Positions 47,844 to 57,441 of a stretch of DNA of 64,000 nucleotides are shown here, piece after piece. The translations under genes were made by a program, and so were the position numbers. Each line of letters starts with the position of its first letter. Position 1 is the first letter of the stretch. Below the pieces are notes generated by a model that worked only from the letters and a program-made list of their open reading frames with translations, had not been told where the DNA came from and did not search any database. Origin of the DNA: an archaeon UBA543 (GTDB lineage: Archaea; Undinarchaeota; Undinarchaeia; Undinarchaeales; UBA543); NCBI GenBank assembly GCA_002502135.1, contig DAPM01000011.1:7736-71735 (forward strand), read 5' to 3'.

Positions 47844-48626
47844 TTACTCCTCGCTCTTCCCTAACAGATCTAATATAGTATCTTTAAACCCTTTAAAAAA
47901 GCTTGTGAATAAGTCTGGAAGGTCAAATGCAATGTCTCGAACCTTTGTGAACACAACTCCTGGGCCAGTTCCTGTCCATTTCACTTCAAGCTCGTCCAAC
48001 TGTGCAGCTGACAAACCTGTGCAGGTTACTGTTCCTTCTGCAAGCGCACACCCACTTGGAGAAGATGTTACTGCACTTCCTTCTGGCATTGTCAATTTGT
48101 AATCAATAGTATCAATCGGAATAATTGTCTCTGTCACACCAGTTGAAACTGCTGTGATTTTTGGCTTAACGCCAAGACCTTTTGGAACTATTGTGAAAAT
48201 TTTTTCAGATTCCTTAACAATCACGTCGCTCTGGAAATTCAGAGTAAGCATATATCCTACTGTTCCATTAGGATCCAGCACAATTGCTTTCCTGAAAAAA
48301 CTACCTACAGTTGATTCTGTATCACTATTTATTGCAGAAGCGTATTCTGGTCCTTCAAAAACTTTCATGGATCCAATACCATCCTCTGCTTCTACATTGT
48401 AAACATCATCATAAGGAACTGTAATCAGCATCTTGTTAATCTGACCAGCTTCTGCTGTTGGCTGGCACTCGAAATAATAAGTCATTTCAACTTTTGTAGT
48501 GATTTCAGTTGCAATTGTTTCTATATCGAGCTTGTCAACTGAACAAGTATCTGCAACACCAGCACTTACAGCGCTTGCAGTAGCTATAAAGAATATCGCG
48601 AATGCGATGATAACTGCGCTTTTCAT
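47844..48626 (-). CDS. secreted protein, function unknown
   Basis: 260 aa with a signal-peptide-like N-terminus MKSAVIIAFAIFFIATASA. Confidence 0.5.
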   Translation of the reverse strand: MKSAVIIAFAIFFIATASAVSAGVADTCSVDKLDIETIATEITTKVEMTYYFECQPTAEAGQINKMLITVPYDDVYNVEAEDGIGSMKVFEGPEYASAINSDTESTVGSFFRKAIVLDPNGTVGYMLTLNFQSDVIVKESEKIFTIVPKGLGVKPKITAVSTGVTETIIPIDTIDYKLTMPEGSAVTSSPSGCALAEGTVTCTGLSAAQLDELEVKWTGTGPGVVFTKVRDIAFDLPDLFTSFFKGFKDTILDLLGKSEE

Positions 48627-48778
48627 GATAAAATAAGTGTATACTCGAGTATTTATATTTAATCAGCACTCAGTAGTCAGCACCCTGGGTCTCGGTACAC
48701 AGGATCCCGACCACCGAATACTGACAACCGACCACTGAATCAGTAACCTTTATAAAACAACTTCCCATACCCCAACTC

Positions 48779-48997
48779 ATGGCTAAAAAGAAAGTCTCAA
48801 AAGCGGAGAGGAAGATAATGTTCGCAGTTGAGGAGATAGTCCTCAGCTTTGTCGGAGCACTTGTTATCGCATTCGGCGTTCTGGTTATCGGAACCCAGTT
48901 TGCTCTGTCAACATTCGTCCTCGGCGTTTTTATCATGTGGCTCGGTCTTCTGTTATTCACAGTGCCGATAATCCGCAAGATTGAAGAGCTTATGTGA
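48779..48997 (+). CDS. small membrane protein (2 TM helices)
   Basis: 72 aa with a basic N-terminus and two hydrophobic helices. The antisense ORF 48670-48978 looks spurious. Confidence 0.45.
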   Translation: MAKKKVSKAERKIMFAVEEIVLSFVGALVIAFGVLVIGTQFALSTFVLGVFIMWLGLLLFTVPIIRKIEELM

Positions 48998-49053
48998 AAT
49001 TAGCAAGCATCCACTCTAGTATTTGAGTATGTTTCAGCTTAGAATTACTTACT

Positions 49054-50397
49054 CTACTTCTTCACGTATTTCTCTTCGAACTCTGTTATGATTGTTTCCA
49101 GGTTAGGTTCTCCTTTCTCTTCTAATTCATAACCGACACGAACAACTGGTTTGTTCACATTCAAGAGTTTTCCAAGATCAATTGGAGTTCCGCTCACAAC
49201 AACATCAGCTTCAGTATTGTTTATTGCATCTTCCAGTTCTTTCAACTGCTCATCACTGTAGCCCATTGCAGGTATCATTTCTCCAAGATGTGGGAATTCC
49301 TCATAAACTTTCTTCAGGCTTGGTCCGCAATTCGGTCTTGGATCAACAATAGTAACATCCATATCCTTCACAGAAACTTTGCCAGCTCCAAATGCCATAC
49401 CACCATGTGTCAATGTCGGACCATCCTCAACAATTATCACTCGTTTTCCGCGTACTGCCTCTGGGTCTACTAGCGCTACTTTTGAGTTCGCATGAACAAT
49501 CTTTGCAGTTGGATTAATCTCCTTAATATTCTTCTCAACTTCAGCAATTCCTTCAGGGGTTGCAGAATCCTCTTTATTTATTATAATATAGTCTGCAAGT
49601 TTTGCATTTGTTTCTCCAGGATAATAAGAAATCTCGTGTCCTGGTCTTAGGGGATCAGCAATAACAAGGTGCATATCTGTCTGGTAAAACGCAACTTCAT
49701 TATTTCCACCATCCCAAACAATAACATCTGCTTCTTCCTCTGCTTTTTTGATAATAGTTCCGTAATCAACACCAGAATAAATCACAAGGCCACGTTCAAT
49801 ATACGGTTCATACTCTTCTCGTTCCTCAACAGTAGCTTTGTATTTCACTAAATCGTCATATTCTGCAAACCGCATACACTCTTGCTGTACAAGGTCGGCA
49901 TAAGGCATTGGCTCCCTAATTGCAACAACTTTGTAACCGCGTTTCTTTAGAATTTCAACAACTTTCCTGGATGTCTGGCTTTTTCCGCATCCAGTTCTAA
50001 CTGCATCAATTCCAATAACTGGTTTGTTAGATTTTATCTGAGTCTGTCTAGGACTTAATAGTTTGAATTCTGCTCCTGCAGCTTGCGCTCTTGCGCATTT
50101 TCGCATAACAGTATTGTAAGAAGCATCAGAATAAGCCATTACAACTTGGTCCACTTGGTTTTCTTTAACAAAAGTTTCCAAGTCTGCTTCAGGTATTGTC
50201 TGAATTCCATTTGGATACAAACTTCCTGAAAGCTCTGAAGGATATTTCCGCAGTTCCCCTTCTACAGTTCCCAAATTCTGCTCTCCAGCCATTGTGAAGG
50301 CAAGAACATCGTAATTCTCATTGTCTCGGAAGTACGTGTTGAATGCATGGTAATCAAAACCAGCTGCGCCTATAATTACAACTTTCTTTTTAGCCAT
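49054..50397 (-). CDS. COG2403-type P-loop protein (cyclic 2,3-diphosphoglycerate synthetase-like / predicted GTPase)
   Basis: 447 aa with N-terminus KKVVIIGAAGFDYHAFN and a P-loop-like RTGCGKSQTS. The family is recalled from memory. Confidence 0.6.
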   Translation of the reverse strand: MAKKKVVIIGAAGFDYHAFNTYFRDNENYDVLAFTMAGEQNLGTVEGELRKYPSELSGSLYPNGIQTIPEADLETFVKENQVDQVVMAYSDASYNTVMRKCARAQAAGAEFKLLSPRQTQIKSNKPVIGIDAVRTGCGKSQTSRKVVEILKKRGYKVVAIREPMPYADLVQQECMRFAEYDDLVKYKATVEEREEYEPYIERGLVIYSGVDYGTIIKKAEEEADVIVWDGGNNEVAFYQTDMHLVIADPLRPGHEISYYPGETNAKLADYIIINKEDSATPEGIAEVEKNIKEINPTAKIVHANSKVALVDPEAVRGKRVIIVEDGPTLTHGGMAFGAGKVSVKDMDVTIVDPRPNCGPSLKKVYEEFPHLGEMIPAMGYSDEQLKELEDAINNTEADVVVSGTPIDLGKLLNVNKPVVRVGYELEEKGEPNLETIITEFEEKYVKK

Positions 50398-50414
50398 TTT
50401 TTCTCCACTACTAC

Positions 50415-50861
50415 CTAAAACACGAACTCTTTCTTAAGTTTTTCGCTACCGTGCACTGCAAATTTCCTAACTTCTATTTCCCCCTTTCTAATATCAATTT
50501 CAACTTCAATTAATATTCCATTTCCACCTACACTTCTTCCAATAATTTCAACATCTTTTAATCTTTCTTCTATTTGTTTTAGTTTCTTTTTGTAATTATC
50601 ATCATCCGCGCAACCAATTATAACTGCTTTTTTCTGGCCAGGTATCTCTTTTTTCATCATCTCTACTTTGTGTAATACATTTTCTCTTAGTTCTTTGTCC
50701 CAAGAAATATTATACATATGGTAAATTCCAGTATACCCTTCCTCATTTCTAATAATTATTGCAAAACAATTTCCAAGTTGTCCGGTGTAAGCATTACCTT
50801 TTTTAAAATATCTCACTTTTTCTTCTGAAACTCTATGTGAAAACAATCTTGTCATACCCAT
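50415..50861 (-). CDS. hypothetical protein
   Basis: 148 aa, AT-rich, with no motif I recognise. Confidence 0.4.
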   Translation of the reverse strand: MGMTRLFSHRVSEEKVRYFKKGNAYTGQLGNCFAIIIRNEEGYTGIYHMYNISWDKELRENVLHKVEMMKKEIPGQKKAVIIGCADDDNYKKKLKQIEERLKDVEIIGRSVGGNGILIEVEIDIRKGEIEVRKFAVHGSEKLKKEFVF

Positions 50862-50906
50862 ATTCTTATAAACAATAGCTTATATTGTTTTTCAAGGGTG
50901 GAATGA

Positions 50907-51839
50907 ATGGTAAGACACTTGCTAAAGGTTACTGATTTTACTAAAGAAGAGTGCTTGAAAATCATAGACAAGTCTATTGATATCAAAGCAAACATTGATG
51001 CACATACTAGTGATTTGAAGGACAAAACCCTTCTGATGCTTTTCGAAAAACCGTCACTCCGCACCAGAGTTTCTTTTGAAGTTGGAATGACTCAGTTGGG
51101 TGGACATGCAATTTTTTATTCAATAAAAGACTCACCACTTGGTAAAAAGGAAAATATTGAAGACACAGCAGGATGTTTATCACGATACTGCGACATTATA
51201 ATGGCTCGAGTTTTCAAAAAAGAGGATTTGCAGAATCTTTCAACACATTCCACAATCCCAGTAATCAATGCACTTGACGATTTCGCGCATCCGTGCCAGA
51301 TTCTTGGCGATTTCCAGACAATTAAAGAGAAAAAAGGTGATTTGAACCCACGCAAAATGTCCTATTTCGGCGACTGCCACAACAATGTGACTTACGATCT
51401 AATGCGAATGTGCGCAATGCTCGGTTGGGAAATGTCTGTTGCTTGTCCTGAAGGCGCAGAATACGAGCCAGAACAGACAATCTTAGACGAAGTTGCAAAA
51501 CTTTCAGAAGGAACTGGTGCAAAAATTTCAGTAACTCACGACGCACAGGAAGCTGCAAAAGATTCTGATGTCATCTATACTGACTCTTGGATGAGCTACG
51601 GAATTCCTGAAGACGAGGAAAAGAAACGCGTGGAAATTTTCAATCCATATCAAGTCACAACCGAGTTACTAAACCTTGCAAAACCAGATGTCATCTTTAT
51701 GAACTGTCTGCCTGCAAAGCGCGGGTATGAGCAGACAGCAGAAGTAATTGATGGAGACAAAAGTATTGTTTTTGATGAAGCAGAAAATCGTCTGCACATT
51801 CAGAAAGCAATAATGCTATTCCTTTTGGATAAATTATGA
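50907..51839 (+). CDS. ornithine carbamoyltransferase-like transcarbamylase (variant substrate motifs)
   Basis: 310 aa with SLRTR and HPCQ carbamoyl-phosphate motifs. The ornithine-site motifs read DSWMSYG and NCLP instead of DxxxSMG and HCLP. Confidence 0.75.
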   Translation: MVRHLLKVTDFTKEECLKIIDKSIDIKANIDAHTSDLKDKTLLMLFEKPSLRTRVSFEVGMTQLGGHAIFYSIKDSPLGKKENIEDTAGCLSRYCDIIMARVFKKEDLQNLSTHSTIPVINALDDFAHPCQILGDFQTIKEKKGDLNPRKMSYFGDCHNNVTYDLMRMCAMLGWEMSVACPEGAEYEPEQTILDEVAKLSEGTGAKISVTHDAQEAAKDSDVIYTDSWMSYGIPEDEEKKRVEIFNPYQVTTELLNLAKPDVIFMNCLPAKRGYEQTAEVIDGDKSIVFDEAENRLHIQKAIMLFLLDKL

Positions 51840-52756
51840 AAACACTAATTGTTGCATTTGGTGGAAACGCTCTTATTAAAAAAGGGCAAAAGGGGACTGC
51901 TGAAGAGCAATTAGAAAACTTGAAGAAACCACTAGGCTCAATAGCTGACCTTCTGAAAAACCACAAACTCATCATCACCCACGGTAATGGTCCTCAAGTT
52001 GGGAACATTCTTCTTCAGCAAACTTCTAACACTGAAGTTCCTCAAATGCCTCTTGATATTTGCGTAGCTCAAAGTCAAGGTCAGATCGGCTACATGATTG
52101 AGCACGCTCTTGACCAGGTTCTGACAGACCGCGGAATAGGTGATGACCACTTATTTCTAACTGTTCTTTCCTACGTGCATGTCAGTTCCACTGATCCTGC
52201 TTTTCAAAACCCTTCAAAACCAATTGGTCCTGCTTATCCAGAAAACAAGTCAAAAGAGTTCGGTTATCCTATGAAAAAGACTGCAAAGGGATGGCGGCGT
52301 GTGGTTCCTTCACCACTTCCTGAAAAAATCTATCAGCGCAGAGAGATTAAAAAACTTCTTGAGGACAATTTTATAATCATAACCTGTGGTGGCGGAGGAA
52401 TTCCAGTTACAAAAGAGAATGGAAAAATAAAAGGTATTGAAGCAGTGATTGACAAGGATTTGGCTTCTGCAAAACTCGGCGAGCACGTGAAAGCAAACAT
52501 CCTGCTAATGGTTACTGATGTTGAAGGGGCAGCTATTAATTTCGGAAAAGATAATCAGAAATTCTTGAAAGAAATCAAGCTCGTTGATTTGAAAAAATAT
52601 CAATCTGAAGGACAGTTTGCAGATGGTTCAATGGGTCCGAAAGTGCAAGCAGCAATCAACTTTTTGGAATCCGGTGGGGAAAAGGCAATAATCTGCAATA
52701 TTAACAAGATTGGGGAAGCAACTTTAGGAACTTCTGGGACTCAAATAACAAAATAA
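51836..52756 (+). CDS. arcC: carbamate kinase
   Basis: 306 aa with the strings VAFGGNAL, THGNGPQVG and GGGGIPV. Confidence 0.88.
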   Translation: MKTLIVAFGGNALIKKGQKGTAEEQLENLKKPLGSIADLLKNHKLIITHGNGPQVGNILLQQTSNTEVPQMPLDICVAQSQGQIGYMIEHALDQVLTDRGIGDDHLFLTVLSYVHVSSTDPAFQNPSKPIGPAYPENKSKEFGYPMKKTAKGWRRVVPSPLPEKIYQRREIKKLLEDNFIIITCGGGGIPVTKENGKIKGIEAVIDKDLASAKLGEHVKANILLMVTDVEGAAINFGKDNQKFLKEIKLVDLKKYQSEGQFADGSMGPKVQAAINFLESGGEKAIICNINKIGEATLGTSGTQITK

Positions 52757-52830
52757 CACCCTTCCCTAAATAACCAAAACATTTTAAAAGGACAACCGTT
52801 AAACATTATACCTAGTTATGGGAGAAATTA

Positions 52831-53934
52831 ATGGGAGATAAGATACGATTAGTGCTAGAAGACGGAACCGTTTATGAGGGATACCCATTTGGTGCGCGCA
52901 AGGACATTGTTGCAGAAGTTGTTTTTAACACAGCAATGACTGGTTATCAAGAATCCATAACTGATCCATCCTATCACAGACAAATTCTCACACAAACCTA
53001 CCCAATTATCGGCAACTATGGAATCAACAAAGAAAGTTTTGAAGGAAGCAAAATATGGGCCAGCGGTATGATCGTTCACAGTCTATGCAATGTCCCCTCT
53101 CACTATAGATCAACCAAAACACTTGACGAGTTCCTCAAAGAGCACAATGTTCCTGGAATTCACGGAATCGACACCCGTGCCCTGGCAATCAAGATTCGAA
53201 ACAAAGGCACAATGATTGGAAAAATAGTGCAGGATTCAAAAGCAGATATCAAAAAAATCATTGAAGAACTAAAATCATTCGATTATGCAAACACAGACCT
53301 TGTAAAGGATTACGCTGAAATCGAGTACAAAAACAAAAAAGAAATAATCCATGGAAAAGGCAACAAACTCAAACTCGTTATGATTGACTGCGGTGTAAAA
53401 CTCAGCATTGTCCGAGAAATGGTCAAGCGGAATATTGAAGTTACGCGAGTTCATCCTGCAACAAGCGCAGAGAAAATTCTTGCCATGAAACCTGACGGTG
53501 TTCACATTTCTAATGGTCCTGGAAACCCTGAAATGATATCTTATGCACTCAAAACCGCCAAGGAGCTTATTGGAAAAGTTCCAATGCACGCAATCTGTCT
53601 CGGCCACGGAATAATTGCATCTGCATGCGGTGGAAAGAATTTCAAACTCAAATTCGGTCACAGGGGTGGAAATCACGCTGTAAAGAATCTCAAAACCGGA
53701 AAAGTTTTTGTAACTTCACAGAACCACAGTTTCTGTGTTGATGCAGACTCTCTAAAAGGGACTGGTCTCAAAGTAACTGAAATCGACTGCAATGACCAAA
53801 CAGTAGAAGCAATTGAGTACGAATCACTTCCGATTTTTTCAACACAATACCATCCAGAAGCAAGACCTGGGCCATATGACAAACTTGACAAATTTGACAG
53901 GCTTGTGAAGATGATGGAGGAGGGGAATAAATGA
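52831..53934 (+). CDS. carA: carbamoyl-phosphate synthase small (glutaminase) subunit
   Basis: 367 aa with a GATase triad context (ICLGHG, HPE). Confidence 0.9.
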   Translation: MGDKIRLVLEDGTVYEGYPFGARKDIVAEVVFNTAMTGYQESITDPSYHRQILTQTYPIIGNYGINKESFEGSKIWASGMIVHSLCNVPSHYRSTKTLDEFLKEHNVPGIHGIDTRALAIKIRNKGTMIGKIVQDSKADIKKIIEELKSFDYANTDLVKDYAEIEYKNKKEIIHGKGNKLKLVMIDCGVKLSIVREMVKRNIEVTRVHPATSAEKILAMKPDGVHISNGPGNPEMISYALKTAKELIGKVPMHAICLGHGIIASACGGKNFKLKFGHRGGNHAVKNLKTGKVFVTSQNHSFCVDADSLKGTGLKVTEIDCNDQTVEAIEYESLPIFSTQYHPEARPGPYDKLDKFDRLVKMMEEGNK

Positions 53935-56900
53935 AAGACATTAAAAAAGTCCTCCTTATCGGCTCCGGCCCAATCATTATTGGACAAGCTGCAGAATTTG
54001 ATTACTCTGGATCACAAGCACTCAAAGCTCTAAAAGAGGAAGGAGTCAAGACAGTTCTGATCAACTCAAATCCTGCAACCATCCAGACTGACTCAGATAT
54101 GGCAGACTCTGTATATATTGAACCACTCACTCTTGATTTTGTTGAAAAAGTTATAGAAAAGGAAAAACCAGATGGAATCCTGTCCAGTCTTGGGGGACAA
54201 ACCGCCCTGAATATAGTTTCCGAACTTGGTGAAAAAGGAATTCTGGAAAAGCACAATGTAACAGTTCTCGGAACTCCTGTATCAGCAATACACGCCTGCG
54301 AGGACAGGGATGCTTTCAAACAGCTTCTTATTAAAATTGGAGAGCCGGTTCTGGACTCAAAAGCAGTTAATACTGTTGAGGATGCAAAAGCGTATGCAAG
54401 CGAAATAGGTTATCCTGTTGTTGTACGCCCTGCCTACACACTCGGCGGATCCGGCGGCGGAATAGCACACACCACTTCTGAACTTGGAAAAATAGCAAAA
54501 AAAGGAATTACCTTAAGCAGAATCAGCCAGGTTCTAATTGAAAAATGCGTTTCTGGCTGGAAAGAAGTCGAATACGAGGTTATGCGCGACTCTGAAGATA
54601 ACTGCATTACAATCTGCAACATGGAAAACTTTGATCCAATGGGAATTCACACTGGGGAGAGTATTGTTGTAGCTCCTTCCCAAACCTTGAGTGATGATGA
54701 TTATCAGATGCTCAGAACAGCGTCCATCAAAATTATCCGCGCTCTTGGTGTTGAGGGTGGATGCAATATTCAATATGGTCTTGATCCAAAAAGCAAGAAA
54801 TATACCATAATCGAAGTCAATCCACGTGTTTCAAGATCTTCAGCTCTTGCAAGCAAGGCAACTGGCTACCCAATAGCGCTTATCACAACAAAAATAGCCA
54901 TCGGCAAAACTCTTGCAGAAATTCCAAATCCAATAACACAAGACACTTCTGCAAGTTTTGAACCAGCACTTGATTATATTGTTGTGAAAATTCCTCGCTG
55001 GCCTTTTGAAAAGTTCAGGTTTGCATCCTGCGAGCTCGGAACTGAAATGCGCTCTACTGGCGAGGTCATGTCAATTGGACGAACATTTGAAGAAGCTCTC
55101 ATAAAAGCAATCTGCAGTCTTGATGTAAAAAGAAAAGGTTTTGAAACAACTGGCGAGAAAAACCCAAAGCGTCTCAAAAGGCTGTTAAGAACACCAACCC
55201 ACAAACGCTTATTCTATATTGCAGATGCATTCAGAAACGGCTTCACTCTTGAAGAAATCCATGAAATAACTCAAATTGACCGATGGTTCCTTGAAAAAAT
55301 ACAGAATATTCTCAATTCAAAACAGGAGAAACAGAATGTCTGCTTCAAAATGGTTGACACCTGCGCAGCAGAGTTTGAGGCAAAAACACCATATTACTAC
55401 AGCACAGAAGGAACTGAAACTGAGACCACGCCAACCGACAAAAAGAAAGTTTTAATTCTCGGCGCTGGCCCTATCAGAATCGGCCAGGGAATTGAATTTG
55501 ACTACTGCACAGTTCATGCAGTTTGGGCTCTGAGAGAAGAAGGTGTTGAAACAATAATTCTTAACAATAATCCTGAAACTGTAAGCACTGATTACGATAC
55601 TGCAGATAAACTCTATTTCGAGCCAGTTGATTTTGAGCACGTTATGAATGTGATTCGCGAGGAAAAACCGACCGGAGTAATAACCCAATTCGGTGGGCAA
55701 ACTGCAGTTAATCTTTCCCTTCCTTTGAAAAAAGCAGGAGTCAACATTATCGGAACCTCTCCTGAAAACATGGATCTTTCTGAAGATCGAGACAAATTTA
55801 CAAAAATTCTCAATAAACTGAAAATACCACAGGCAGAAAATGGGATTGCGCACAATCTGGAAGATGCAAAGAAAATAACTGAGAAACTCGGCTATCCTGT
55901 TCTTGTGCGCCCAAGTTATGTTCTTGGCGGAAGAGCCATGGAAATCATACACGAGGAAGGCCAGCTGGAATCGTATATCCGCGAAGCAGTTAGTGTTTCA
56001 GAAAACCAGCCAATCTTGATTGACAAATTCCTTCAAAATGCAATTGAAGTTGATGTGGATTGCGTGTGCGATGGCAAGGAAGTTTTAATTGGCGGGATAA
56101 TGGAGCACATTGAAGAAGCTGGAATCCACTCAGGAGACTCATCCTGCGTTGTTCCTCCGCAAACTCTCAGCAGCCAAGTTATCGAGAAAATAAAAGAATA
56201 CACAAGAAAACTGGCCATTGAAATGGGTGTAATCGGTCTGATGAATATGCAATACGCAGTAAAAGATGATGTTGTTTACGTGCTTGAATCAAATCCAAGA
56301 AGCAGTCGAACTGTTCCATTCATCAGCAAAGCCACAAACATTCCAATTGCAAAACTGACAGCCAAAACACTTATTGGAAAAACCCTGAAAGAGCTTGGCT
56401 ATACTGAAGAAATGCCAAAACACGTTTCTGTAAAATCTGTTGTTTTCCCTTTCAACAAAATTCCTGGTTCTGATTCCCGTCTTGGGCCTGAAATGAAGAG
56501 TACAGGAGAGAGTATGGGTATTGCAGATAATTTTGCAGAAGCATTCTACAAAGCCCAGCTTGGCGCAGGCATCCAGCTTCCGGATTCTGGGAGAGTGTTC
56601 TTTGCAGTTCGGGATCAGGATAAAGATCAGATTTCTGATATTGCAAGAAGTTTCAAAGAACTTGGTTTTGCAATTGCAGCAGTTGGTCGGACATCAAAAA
56701 TACTCCGCGTTGATGGTGTTAAGAATCGAAAAATCCTGAAATGCAGTCAAGGCTATCCAAATATTGTTGATATGATAAATAATGAAGGCATCCAGCTTGT
56801 AATAAACACTCCAACTCGTGGTGAAGTTGCTAGCAAGGACGGGTACAAGATACGGCGAGCATGCATTTCTAAAAAAGTTCCCTGTATTACAACTTTAGCT

Positions 56901-56987
56901 GGTGCGAAAGTTGCACTTGAAGCAATTAAAAGAAATCGAGAAAATACTTTTGGGATAAAGTCATTAAAAGAATATTATGCTGAGTGA
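53931..56987 (+). CDS. carB: carbamoyl-phosphate synthase large subunit
   Basis: 1018 aa with two ATP-grasp halves (GSGPIIIGQAAEFDYSG and GAGPIRIGQGIEFDYC) and a C-terminal MGS-like domain. Confidence 0.92.
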   Translation: MKDIKKVLLIGSGPIIIGQAAEFDYSGSQALKALKEEGVKTVLINSNPATIQTDSDMADSVYIEPLTLDFVEKVIEKEKPDGILSSLGGQTALNIVSELGEKGILEKHNVTVLGTPVSAIHACEDRDAFKQLLIKIGEPVLDSKAVNTVEDAKAYASEIGYPVVVRPAYTLGGSGGGIAHTTSELGKIAKKGITLSRISQVLIEKCVSGWKEVEYEVMRDSEDNCITICNMENFDPMGIHTGESIVVAPSQTLSDDDYQMLRTASIKIIRALGVEGGCNIQYGLDPKSKKYTIIEVNPRVSRSSALASKATGYPIALITTKIAIGKTLAEIPNPITQDTSASFEPALDYIVVKIPRWPFEKFRFASCELGTEMRSTGEVMSIGRTFEEALIKAICSLDVKRKGFETTGEKNPKRLKRLLRTPTHKRLFYIADAFRNGFTLEEIHEITQIDRWFLEKIQNILNSKQEKQNVCFKMVDTCAAEFEAKTPYYYSTEGTETETTPTDKKKVLILGAGPIRIGQGIEFDYCTVHAVWALREEGVETIILNNNPETVSTDYDTADKLYFEPVDFEHVMNVIREEKPTGVITQFGGQTAVNLSLPLKKAGVNIIGTSPENMDLSEDRDKFTKILNKLKIPQAENGIAHNLEDAKKITEKLGYPVLVRPSYVLGGRAMEIIHEEGQLESYIREAVSVSENQPILIDKFLQNAIEVDVDCVCDGKEVLIGGIMEHIEEAGIHSGDSSCVVPPQTLSSQVIEKIKEYTRKLAIEMGVIGLMNMQYAVKDDVVYVLESNPRSSRTVPFISKATNIPIAKLTAKTLIGKTLKELGYTEEMPKHVSVKSVVFPFNKIPGSDSRLGPEMKSTGESMGIADNFAEAFYKAQLGAGIQLPDSGRVFFAVRDQDKDQISDIARSFKELGFAIAAVGRTSKILRVDGVKNRKILKCSQGYPNIVDMINNEGIQLVINTPTRGEVASKDGYKIRRACISKKVPCITTLAGAKVALEAIKRNRENTFGIKSLKEYYAE

Positions 56988-56998
56988 GTTGAAAAAGC

Positions 56999-57169
56999 TT
57001 ATCTCGAAACCAGCTTAACAACACCAACAATCACAAGGTAAATTGCTATCAAATATTCTACTAAATCAACTCCAAGATTGATTGCTATAAGAATTGTTAC
57101 ACCAACACCTATCATCAATATTGCAGCGAATGTATCACTTATTCCGACTTTTTTAAAGAACTTGTTCAT
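56999..57169 (-). CDS. small membrane protein (56 aa), hypothetical
   Basis: My own translation reads MNKFFKKVGISDTFAAILMIGVGVTILIAINLGVDLVEYLIAIYLVIVGVVKLVSR. It is below the ORF-track length cutoff. Confidence 0.35.
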   Translation of the reverse strand: MNKFFKKVGISDTFAAILMIGVGVTILIAINLGVDLVEYLIAIYLVIVGVVKLVSR

Positions 57170-57217
57170 GTTTATCGCATTTCGGTAGTAATAGTGGTGT
57201 TAAAAGTTTTTCGGAAG

Positions 57218-57292
57218 TGGCAGGCCCGCCGAGAGTTGAACTCGGGTCTGTAGCTCCGCAAGCTACCATGATATCCACTACACTACGGGCCC
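57218..57292 (-). tRNA. tRNA-Arg (anticodon GCG), CCA encoded
   Basis: Minus strand reads GGGCCCG TA GTGTAGTGGATATCAT G GTAGC TTGCGGA GCTAC AGAC CCGAG TTCAACT CTCGG CGGGCCT G CCA. Confidence 0.85.
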
Positions 57293-57404
57293 ATTTTCCA
57301 ATGACGCTTGGCATACGAGTTTTTCACACTTAACCAAGCGGATACGAGCCGCGCAGCGGCCTCTCGCCCTCCGTGAGAAGACGGAGCTACTACTACGGGC
57401 CCAT
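57293..57404 (-). other. duplicate of the tRNA-Arg(GCG) 5' end followed by a ~95-nt GC-rich three-hairpin block
   Basis: ATGGGCCCGTAGT occurs at 57404-57392 and again at 57294-57282. Hairpins lie at 57369-57386, 57348-57360 and 57305-57340. There is no D-loop GG, T-arm or 3' acceptor, so it is not a tRNA. Confidence 0.6.
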
Positions 57405-57441
57405 CAATGCTTTAAAACCCTATAACTCTAGCTTTATATTC

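Noticed and set aside
48680-48760. Direct repeats cgaccacYgaat and two CTGA boxes as a C/D-box sRNA
   Set aside because: There is no RUGAUGA C box or C' box at suitable spacing. The two CTGA motifs are only 12 nt apart. This is probably promoter or spacer sequence for the divergent genes.
57293-57404. The upstream tRNA-like piece as the missing tRNA-Arg(CCG), a split-tRNA half or an intron-containing tRNA
   Set aside because: After the shared 11 nt there is no D-loop GG, no 7-nt anticodon loop (the CTCCGT/ACGGAG hairpin has a 6- or 8-nt loop), no T-arm with TTC and no 3' acceptor strand. I could not build a cloverleaf with any intron placement.
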